DNA from: Mobula hypostoma
Taxonomy: Eukaryota
Assembly: GCF_963921235.1 (NCBI RefSeq)
Contig: NC_086107.1
Span: 102,426,001 to 102,490,000 of the forward strand
Length of the DNA: 64,000 nucleotides
Reading direction: 5' to 3'
Shown here: positions 53,881 to 64,000 of the stretch, piece after piece
Position numbering within the stretch: position 1 is the stretch's first letter
Layout of the letters: each line of letters starts with the position of its first letter
Program-made: the position numbers and the translations under genes
Notes under the pieces: generated by a model
Seen by the model: the letters and a program-made list of their open reading frames with translations, nothing else
What the model was told of the DNA's origin: nothing
The model's database searches: none

Positions 53881-54290
53881 GCCTCCAAGAGGACCTCAAC
53901 CTTGTTGTGGTTTGGAGGTTTATGTGCCTCAATAACCCAGAGAGCTATGGTTGCTGGAGTTGGGGCTTTATGCTTTGGCTGTTGGTAGGGTCGCCATGCC
54001 AAACAAGTCAAGGGGTAGAGGCCAGACTAAGAGTGGTCCACCTGTCCTCTAGATTCAGGGGTTCAGCTCAGGGCTAACAACCCTGACTGGTAAAACAAAA
54101 CTGCTATGGAAACTGCAATGAAGAATCCTTCTACATCTGAGTGTGCTGGTGTTCCTGAGTCTTTAATGGAACTTGCATGACTGACAGTGGGAGAACCAAG
54201 CTACTGACACGATGAAGGAAGCCCTGGACACCGTTAGAGATGGAGAACCTCCACTGCTGCCCTAAACACCAGCAGCATAGCGGGCAGTAG
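53881..54290 (+). mobile_element. ~400-bp non-autonomous RTE-type element; copies at 24085-24335 (+), 40483-40890 (-), 41965-42275 (+) and 47040-47308 (-)
   Basis: Five colinear copies sharing GGGGGTTCAGCTCAGGGCTAACAACCCTGA and the 3' end CTTCATTGCTGCCCTAAA...GGGCAG. Confidence 0.8.
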
Positions 54291-54896
54291 AGAGATTCTT
54301 CAAGTGACAATGAACATCCATAACTTCTGCTTTGTTCCCAGCCTGAAGCTGGGATTGGGCGCGAACAGCCTTCAGTGCTCTTGTTTCACTCAGGAAGATT
54401 AAATCCAGCTGTGGATGGGCTGGACTTTACTGTATGGTGTGCGAGTGCTAGAAGTAAATGGTTTTTCAAATCATGAGCACGTCAATAAAATTGCAGTACC
54501 TCCGGATTTGTTTCCAACCCTGACAAACTTGGTTAATCATCAGAGATTATGCCAGAGCTTATTTTCAAATGTAATAAATTTGCAGCTTTGTGACTACTAG
54601 ATCTTAATTCCTGGTTTGTTGGAGTGCCTTGTGGTGCAGGGAAATGTTCCCTCCAGAATAGAGAGGGAACTGAAATCTAAGTTTCAGTTGGCTGAATTTG
54701 TCACAGAAGCCAGCCAGTATCAGAATCAGGTTTAATATCACTGGCATACATTGGAAAATTTGATAACTTTGCAGCAGCAGTACAATGCAATACATGATAA
54801 TAGAAAGAAAAAAAAACTGAATTACAGTAATATATGTACCTACAGTAATTCATAGTTCTCTTTTTTTTACTCTCTCTCTCTCCTATGTGTATGTAC

Positions 54897-56742
54897 AAAG
54901 CTACTCAAGCTCTGTCAGACTGCATGGGGATTGTGAGTGAACAGACCTTTTCAAGTCCAGCCACAAATTCTCAATTGGACTAAGTTCTGGACTCTGACTT
55001 GGCCACTCCAGGACATTAACTTTGTTTTTAAGCCATTCCTATCTAGCTTTGGCTTTGTGCTTGGGCTCATTGTCTTGCTGGAAAACAAATCTCCCAAGTC
55101 ACAGTTGATTTGCAGACTGCAGCAGGTTTTCCTCCAGGATTTCCCTGTATTTTGCTGTAATAATTTTGCCCTCTACCTTACAAGCCTTCCAGGGCCTGCT
55201 GCAGTGAAGCATCTCCACAGCATGATACAGCCACCACTATGCTTCAAGGTAAGGATGGTATGTTTTTGATGATGTGCGGTGTGTGGCTTAGGCTAAACGT
55301 AGCATTTAGTCTGATGACCAAAAAGTTCAGTTTTGGTTTCATTAAACCACAGAGCCTTCTTCCAGCTGACTTCAGAATCTCCTATATGCCTTCTATCAAA
55401 CTCTAGCTGAGATTTCATGTCAGTTTTTTTTCCCAACAGTAGCCACCTCTTTGGCAGTCCTCCACAAAGCAGTGACTGGTGAATCACCTGGGCATCAGTT
55501 GTTGTATGCACAGTCTCTCCCACCTCAGCCCCCATCTTGCACGGTCACTCAGTTTTTGAGATTTACAGCTGTGCCATATTCTTTCCATTTTTTAATGATT
55601 GGCTTAACTGTTGGTTGGCATTCATCTGTCTCAAAGGACAATGCGTGATGATGATCATCATCACAAGCCTGGGCAGAAGGTATAGAGATCCTGAGCTGCC
55701 CAGTTGTCAAGATCCCCCTCTCGGCCTCACAGATGTAGTCCAAAGGAAAACTTATGAAGCAATACATTTGGCACCAACTTGGCTGCAGCAGCTCTGGAAG
55801 GAAGTTCAATGATGTCCAGCTGCCTTAGGGGCTCCACTCTGGATTTGCTGTCTGGGTTTACTCACGTGGCCTTCATCTCTCCCGAGGCTGCCCGCAAGGC
55901 AGTGGGGCTATTTACCCTTAGCTGGGGATCTGGTTCACAAGCACCAGGGTGTGTCCACACACCAGTGGGCCTGCATGCCTAGACCTCCTTCCCATCCTCT
56001 GTAGTTCATCTTGCATCTGAAAGGAGTTCAGTTTCCATGTGTCACCAGTGAGAAGACAGTGCATGAGGCTTGCTGTTGGAGAGGCTAAGTACTGGCAGGG
56101 AGAGCCTTACACATTCAGCTCTCCTTTTCACAAGACTGCCGGTCAGCAGTGGAAGCTGAAAGTGAGAGCAACAAGCACTACCCACTGCACTACCCACTAC
56201 ACTACCACACTAGACATGTTACAATAAACATTTTGACACTTAACTGTACTCCAAGGGATATTAAGTGACTTGGAAATTTTCTTGTTTCCATCTCCTGACT
56301 TATGCTTTTCAATAACCTTTTCACAAAGTTGCTTGGAGTGTTCGTTTGTCATCATGGTGTAATTTTCACCAGGATACTGACTCACCAGTAGTTGGACCTT
56401 CCAGATACAGGTGTATTTTAACTACAATCAATTGAAACACCTTGACTGCACATGGTGATCTCCATTGAACTAATTATGTGACTTCTAAAGCCAATTGGGC
56501 ACACCAGTGATGATTTGGTATGTCATTTTGAGGGGGGGGGAATACTTATGCAATCAATTATTTTGTGTTTTATATCTGTAATTACTTTAGATCACTTTGT
56601 AGAGTTCTGTTTTCACTTTAACACGAAAGAGTCTTTTTCTGTTGATCAAGGTCAAAAAAGCCAAATTAAATCCATTGTGATTCAATGTTGTAAAACAATA
56701 AAACATGAAATCATCCGGGGGAGGGGTGAATACTTTTTATAG
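54897..56742 (-). mobile_element. Degenerate, truncated Tc1-like transposon (second family), interrupted by an insertion
   Basis: N-terminus MMTNEHSKQLCEKVIEKHKSGDGNKKISKSLNIPWSTVK continues as PIIKKWKEYG after the insertion. WKKALWFNETKTELFG corresponds to the first catalytic-Asp motif, here mutated. Confidence 0.88.
55612..56238 (-). mobile_element. Non-autonomous retroelement (probably RTE-related) nested in the Tc1 copy
   Basis: 9-bp TSD CTTAACTGT (55603-55611, 56239-56247). The 3' region is homologous to the tails of the SINEs at 27559 and 32748. Confidence 0.75.
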
Positions 56743-57277
56743 AATATACATACATATGTTCATGGGTTCAATATTCATTCAGAAATTGGATGGCAGAAGG
56801 GAAGAAGCTGTTCCTGTGTGCCTTCAGGCTTCTGTACCTCCTTCCTGATGGTAGCATTGGGAAGAGGGCATGTCCTGGGTATTGGGTGGTGAACCTCTAC
56901 CTCACCGCTTTAGCAACCTAGGTTCAATCCTGACTTCGGGTGCTGTCTGTGTTTGCACATTTTCACTGTGACCTCGTGGGTTTCCCTTGGTGCTCTGTTC
57001 TTTTCTCCAGATCCCAGAAGGTGTGAGTGTCGATGGACCACTTGGCGTATAGGCAAGTGGTTGAATACCGGAGGAGTTGACTGAAATGTGGGAATAATAG
57101 TATGAGTGAATGATTTCTTGAAGGATAGCATGTACTTAGTGGGCTGAGGGGCCTGTTTCTGAGCTGTAAGTGTCCATTAATATTGTCACAATTTATGGGT
57201 TGCTCTCTCCCACCACCTGCTGGTCGTGAGTGAATATGACAAGTATAACAGACACCTCCAGTAGGCACTAGAGGTAC

Positions 57278-57547
57278 TGCGGGTGCTGGAAATCTAGAGC
57301 AATACACATAATGTGCTGGAGGAGCACAGCAGGTCAGGCAGCCTCTATTGATGGGCATAAACAGTTGGCGTTTCAGGCCAAAACCCTTCTTCAGCACTGA
57401 GAAGGAAAGGGGAAGTTTTGGACTGAGACCCTTGTCCCTCCCTTCTCAGTCCTGAAGAAGGGTGCTGGCCCAAAACGCCGACTGTTTATTCCTTTCCATA
57501 GATACTGCCTGACCTGCTGAGTTCCTCCAGCATTTGTGTGTGTGTTC
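57278..57547. mobile_element. Penelope-derived fold-back short element; further family copies at ~7575-7735, 19970-20240, 39578-39705, 41655-41885, 43374-43500 and 57830-58015
   Basis: 10-bp TSD CTAGAGGTAC (57268-57277, 57548-57557). CTGAAGAAGGG...(G/A)AAACGCC cores occur on both strands. Confidence 0.85.
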
Positions 57548-60500
57548 CTAGAGGTACGTAAAACCTGAATCAGAGGGGTAGCAGATTTTAAATTAGTTCA
57601 GACCATGATGTTGTTCGATGTTATATCAATGCCTCATTTCACTAAGCAAAGAGAATTATGAACAATAAAATAAAAGAAAGCAATGAAATGTATATAGCAA
57701 ATAAAAGGATGTGAAATATATCAAGCAATTTTATTTTGTGCATATTAATAACTATTACAGTAGCCACTAAATAAAGATAAATTCAACTCTTGGGATATTT
57801 TTTAAAAATCACTCTCCATTTGCTAGAAAGGTAAAATACAGCAGATGTTGGAAATCTGAAACAAAGGAAGACATTGCTGGACTTGCATGCACAAAATGCC
57901 CAAAATGTCGACTGTATACTTCCCTCCATAGATGCTGCCCAATCTGCTGAGTTCCACCAACATTTTGTGAGTGTTGCACAAGATTTCCAGCATCTGCAGA
58001 ATTGCTTGTGTTTATGCAGTGCTGGAGATAGTGGGACAGGCAGCGTCAGTGGTAGCAGAAACTGTGTTAACATTTCAGCTTGATGGCTATCAAAGCCAAG
58101 GGAAGGCAGAGATATAACGTTGGAGGACACAGGGAACGAGAAAACAAAAGGGATGGGGTGGGGTGGAGAGATCAACTGTTTAAAGAGATGGAGAATTCTC
58201 CCACTTCAGATCAGGATTGAGTTTCTGGGCTGTAGAACCTGGAGGTGAACTGAGTCACCAATTCGGTTTGGGTCAATTCCTGGACATTTCAGCACATCAC
58301 CATCTGTCTCCAACTTCTCCATCCCAGTAAAATAACTTGTCCCCACATCCAGTACTTTTACAACTAAAGAACTAAAGTAAATGGTCCTCTAAGTTACCTA
58401 GAGCACTGTTTATGTATTATAACAAATATTGTAGAGATAAAACTGTTGTTGCTCATCGAACCCTGATCCAATCTATTGATCTCTCTGTCTGATATCCTTC
58501 CCCCACCTGAAGTGGACTGGCTCTGTACAGAGGGCCTGTGCTGGTGGTGTAGTGGTATCCACACCCAGACTTCAGAGCGAGAGGTCCCAGGTTCACATCC
58601 GGCCAGCTCCCTTACACGAGTTCCACCCACGCTGGGCTGAGCTTCGGCCTCATAAACCAGACAAACACTAAAGAAACGGCAAGTTTGCCGCGGGAGAAAC
58701 TGTACAGAGGGACATACTATGCGTGTGTGTCCGTGTAAGTGTGTGTACTGTGAAGGGCATCAGTGTAGGTGCTCCCACCCCCACAGATGCACACAAAGGT
58801 ACGTGTATGGATGTAAACATACACACATGCACACATTAATTGTGAACATAAACGTGCAACACATCAATAAACACAGACACGAAGACACATGCTTACAGTC
58901 AAAGAGACAGGCAAACACAACCAAATCTCCATTCAGCAGAAGACAGGAACTCTTCCTAACTACAGCAGGAAATTTTGCAGGAACTCTCCTTCACTAATTC
59001 CCCATTGCATCACCAGAGGTTTCGACCCAGTGCAGATCAGGTCTCATGAAACAGGGAACGATCCTGGGATGTTTCAGCTTAAAAGCTTCATCCCTGTTTT
59101 CAAATCCTTTCAGGCCTTTGCCCCTCCCTGTTTCCATAACCTCTTCCAGGCCTACAGTTCATACATCTCGGATTCCAGCCCAGTATTAATTGCTTTCAGT
59201 TAGCATGAACTCCCAGCTGTTTCCGAACCTGCATGAAGCAGTCATCTGAAGGAAAGGGATGTGCTGAGAGCTAACGTAAAGAGGTCAGAATAGGTATTAT
59301 TTTTGGACTCACTTCTCTTAACTTGCTCACCTCTCTCCATCACAACAGTAATTACATTTCAAAAATCATTCTTTGGCCGTGGCCATCCCTGGAACACTCC
59401 ATACTTGCAAAAAACACATCTAGTGTCTGCCTTTTGTCTGATTTTCCACCTTTATCCCATTCTTTAAGACATCTTCAAATCTTACCCCAATTTCCCTTTG
59501 TGTTACTCAGTCGAATTTTCCCTGCTTATGCACCAGGAGAACACCTTTGGAGCCTCACTATCTTATAAGTTTTGAATAAATACAAATTATTTTTGTCATC
59601 TGAGTCTAGGATAGACTGGCATTTGCAGGGAGAACCTCTCCACGAGGCTTAAGGAGAAAATACTACATAGTGGCTGAGGTCACATTTTACACAAAGGAAG
59701 GTGGCATCGCTTGTTGGAAGTCAACCGCTCCATCTCCAAGAACTCGCCGTTGGAATTACAAGCTCTCATCTGCCAGCCTGACTGTTCATTTCCCCTACCA
59801 CCTTTGCCCATTGGCTGCTGTTTGTACAAAACACACCACTGTTATTAAATAGGCACATGGATGTAAGAAAATAGAGGGTTAAGGGCTGTGTAGGGGGTGA
59901 AAGGTTAGGTTGATTTTGGATAGGTTGAAAAAAGTCCACACAACATTGTGGATCAAAGGGCCCAAACTGTGCTGTACTGCTCTGTGTTCTGTGTATTCAC
60001 TAGACTACTCTGACAGCACCTTTAAAATAAGGACAACGATAGCAAGGGCCACTATATATATCGTAGATTCCTCTACAAGTTTCACACCATCCATTTTTAG
60101 AAATATGCTTCATTTCCTCCTAAAGATCCTGCAGCTTCCTACCCAACTTTTTCAGTTTTTAAAACTAGATCTAGTTCTGGTCACTCTTTTTTGTTACTAA
60201 TTTTGGACGATTTTTGAATTGGGGTGGCCTGCAGATAATGAACACTGACCTGAACTCAACTGAAATATGCCTTTTGATTTTGTGTTTTATATTCCGTGTA
60301 TTCACTCGTTTTTTTTTTGTTGCCACTTGTGCAATTTTTTTGCACGTGGTGGGGTGGGGGTGGGGTTAATGTTTGTCATTTTTCCTTGAACGGATTGGTT
60401 TGTGACTGTCTGTGGGAAGACGAATTTCAGGGTTGCGCACTGCATACATACTTGGATAATAAATGTACTTTGGATCGTTGAACTCCACCATAGGAGTACT

Positions 60501-61669
60501 TTCACCAGAAAGACAGCTGTGGTTGAAGAAAGTGATTCACCACCGCCTTCTCAAGAACAATTCATGTTGCAGAATAAATGCTGCCCTCGACAGCGGTGTC
60601 TTCAGCCTGTGAAATACTTTAAAGATAATATTGTACTGCGGGATGTACGCCCCTTATGGGACGATGACTCCACAGAAAAATAAAGCTCAAGTCTCTTGAC
60701 TTGCGCACCGTCATTGATGGCGGTGAGAAAGAAACAAGGCACTTGCCTTGGTTTTAATCCGAAGTGTTTCACAGCAACTTTGGAATTGTTAGACATAAGG
60801 CAAATGCAATATTCTTAACCACACTCTGAAAAAAAAAATTCAAGGACAAATTGGTAGAATATTCATGGATGTCAAAGAGTAGTCTAACCGCCATTGTTGA
60901 AGTTGATTGGACTTGATGCCCCAGTATCTTGGCCTTTTTCTTAAACTAATAATGATGCAACAGTGAAGCCATTTGGCCCATTACATCCGTGCCATCTCCC
61001 TGTTAAACAGTTCCATGCTATCCCTGGCCTTATTTCCCGATACTCCTGTATTATTCTTTATTACACTGACCTATCAACCCCCTTTGATTTGCTTTGTCAT
61101 TACCCTATACTAAGAGATGATTTAAAGTGGTCAGATAACCTACCAACCTGCACATCTACGAGATATGGGAGAAATCCCAGGGTACCCAGGGGATGCCCAC
61201 ACCGTCACAGGGAGAACAAGCAAACTCCACACAGACGGCACCCCAGGTCAGGATGGAACCTGGGTTTCTGAGCTGAGAGGCAGTGACTTTGCCAGCTGCG
61301 TCACTGTGTCACCCTCATTTTCCTGAATGGCTCTGTGTCTGAGTGACTTTAGTTATGTGGATAGACTGAAGAAACAGGGACTGAGCTCCTCTGATCAAGA
61401 AGCTGCAGGGCACCTGATGGATGTACATGAAGAGTCAACTCAGAGTTGATAGAGGCCACAAAAACTGAGGCACCTATGTTGAAGGTGTTAGCCAAAGGAA
61501 CCAGAAGTGATGTGACAGAAAACATTATAATCTGGTAACTGGTTGTGTTCTGGGGAGCTCCACCAGGGGGAGTAACAGGGGCAAATTTAAATCATAGCAC
61601 AGAAGAGGGAGCTGGGTAAGTATCAATGGGAGGACCCACCGACTCAATGGGCCATATGGGTTCCTTCTA

Positions 61670-63255
61670 CAATACTGTGCTAAAGTCTTCAGCACCCTAG
61701 ATTTTTCATATAAATGTTATTTTGGATTTGTTGTCTTCTGCATTAGTGTGTCAGTAGAAAAGAGCATGTTTTAGATTTCCAAACATCTGTTTTCCAAAAA
61801 ATTAAATGTTACAGAGAAATTTTTATATTTCATATTTCATTAAAGAAAGTAATATATTAAATAATAGACCACTTTTCAAATAAAAACTTGATTCCTTTGT
61901 GGGTAAATAGCCCAGTGCATGATTAATCAAAGATAACAGATGCTGATGATCAACGACAGAAAGAGTTGAATGAACTGAACTGATTAACTGAAACAGAAAT
62001 GGGTGTATAAAGAGTCAAACTGGGCAAAGGGCAATGAATTAAAAGGTGAGGGTGTGGCAGATGTAGCAGTTTAACCATACAATCATTAATTCTTACACCA
62101 TGGCAACAATGAGCATAGCAACAAGATACAAGGTGGCCATCCTGCATCAGCAACATCTCTCCCAGCAGAAATTTCACGGCAGACAGGACTGCCAAGATGT
62201 GCTATCCAAGCTCTCCTGAAAAAGCACAAAGAAATGGGCAAGGTGGAGGACCAGAAATGCAGTGGTTGGCATGGAAACTGAGTGCAGCAGACGAGAGATC
62301 CATCAAACTGACTTCCCTTCTAAATCAGAAGAATCCAGCACTGCTATCAACTCTGAACTCACTGAAACCACTGGAACCCAAGTGCACCCCTCTATAGTTC
62401 AGAAAAATCTTGTCAGAAGTGGTCTTCGTGGAAGAGTTGCTGCCAAAAAACGTTCCTCTGAAGTGGAAACAAAGCCAAGAGACTCAACTGTATACAAAAG
62501 CACAAGGACTGGGGTGCTGAACAATGGCAACAAGAGCTATGTCTGATTAGTCAAAATTTGAAATTTTTGGCTCAAACAGGAGGCAAGTTTCCATAGAAGA
62601 GCTGGAGAGTGCTATATGGACGAATGTCTTCAGCCAACAATGAAGCATGGTGGAGGTTCCCTGCAGGTTTTGGGCTTCATTTCTGCAAATGAAGTTGGTG
62701 ATCTGCTCAGAATTAATGCAATCCTCAAAGCTGAGAAGTACAAGCAGATTCTCATACATCATGCAATACCATCAGGGAGGCGTCTGATTGAATCCAACTT
62801 CATTCTGTAGCAGGACAATGACCCCAAACACATGGCTAAAGTCACAAAGAACTATCCTCAGCAAAAAGAAGAACCAGGAGTTCTGCAACGGATGGTATGG
62901 CCTATACAGAGCCCTAATCTCAATGTCATTGAGGCTGTCTGGGATTACTTGGAGAGACAGAAGCAAGTGAGACAGCTGTCTACAGAAGAACTTGGCAAGT
63001 TCTCCAAGATACTGTACTTGGAATAACCTACCAGCTGATTTTCTTATAAAACTACAAAACAGTGCACCTACGAGAATTGATGCAGTTTTAAAGGCAAGGA
63101 TTGGTCACACCAAATATTGATTTGATTTAGTTTTTTTACTGTTTACTGTTCTTTATAGTAAAATTTTGATATTTAGAAACATTTCATTATTTTTGAAAGC
63201 ACCTTCGCTTTACAGAATTTTTTTTACATGTACCTAAGACTTTTGCACACTACTG
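61670..63255 (+). mobile_element. Full-length degenerate Tc1-like transposon
   Basis: TA-flanked TIRs CAATACTGTGCTAAAGTCTT / AAGACTTTTGCACACTACTG. Frameshifted transposase at ~62100-63120 (LTETTGTQVHPSIV..GLRGRVAAKK; PTMKHGGGSL; QDNDPKH; WPIQSPNLNVIEAVWDYLER). Confidence 0.93.
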
Positions 63256-63404
63256 TATGATGTAACAAAAATGGATCAAATAGAAATAGATACTGTATGC
63301 TTCTGAGTGAGTCTGACAAGATAGAACAGTGGAGATGTCATTGAACAGAGATGGATTCAAAGGGCCGATTGTCTACTAATAATTCCAACATTACCCAATA
63401 TAAA

Positions 63405-63500
63405 CCCCGACCTAACCTAACATAATCCTACCCTACCATAACCCAACCCTACCCAAACCCCAACATGGCCTAACCCCAACCTAATACCCCTAACCATAAC
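63405..63500. repeat. Degenerate (CCCTAA)-like tract; second patch at ~63799-63834
   Basis: CCTAACCTAAC, CCTAACCCCAACCTAA, CCCTAACC variants. Confidence 0.6.
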
Positions 63501-64000
63501 TGACTTGGTTTTCATTGTCTTAGTCCTCAAATACCTATAGAAAAGCCAAGATACCTGAGAGGCAAGAAGGAACCATAAAGTTAAACACAAGCTAGGACCA
63601 TGGAAAACAACAGCCACCAGAAAATAAGATAGATGATTATTAAACATGGATTCCAAGAAAGGCAAGTGTTGTTGGACCAGGTTAATGAAGGCGTGGACCA
63701 GATCTAAGTGGCAGGGTCCACTAACACTGAATCTCCAGTAACTAATGAGATCAATAAACTCAAGAGGGATTATTTTCCCACTGCCTGTACACGAACATCC
63801 AACCTAGCCTAACTCCAACCCTAACCCAACCCCTTAGTTCCATTGTTCCCTCTAAGGTGGTTAAATGCGCAGCGGCTCAGTAACTGAGATGCACCCCCCG
63901 CATTTAGCCTTTGTTGCTGCACAGCTATTCAATGTAATTATTCATAGTATGCATATTACAATAAAAAACATTTTAAGTGCTGCACAGTTTTCAGGCAGTG

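Noticed and set aside
63405..63834. True interstitial telomere or fusion site
   Set aside because: Highly degenerate, one orientation only, and interrupted by CR1-like sequence.
41400..64000. Second protein-coding gene upstream of L3MBTL2
   Set aside because: The longer ORFs are transposon-derived or lack recognisable homology, and I found no phase-consistent exon chain. Short exons could have been missed.

Overview
Vertebrate genomic DNA. The repeat repertoire (V-SINEs, CR1, Rex1/Babar, Penelope, Tc1, hAT-Buster) points to a cartilaginous fish, probably a ray; that is an inference. The left 40 kb holds the 5' part of an L3MBTL2 orthologue on the minus strand. I traced nine coding exons by hand (32574 down to 927, 1218 nt = 406 codons, all GT-AG and phase-consistent). 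They encode an acidic N-terminus, an FCS zinc finger and the first MBT repeats; the gene continues past the left edge. A probable non-coding first exon and CpG-retaining promoter lie near 39.3-39.7 kb. An inverted copy of that exon, with its splice donor intact, faces the other way at 41.15-41.3 kb. I recognised no other protein-coding gene. The most striking non-genic signal is two families of short Penelope-derived insertions carrying minimal type I hammerhead ribozyme cores (CUGANGA...GAAACGUC). Most have target-site duplications, and many are fold-back or tandem units whose junction sits at the ribozyme. Homology statements come from recalled sequences, not database searches. Repeat boundaries without TSDs are approximate.
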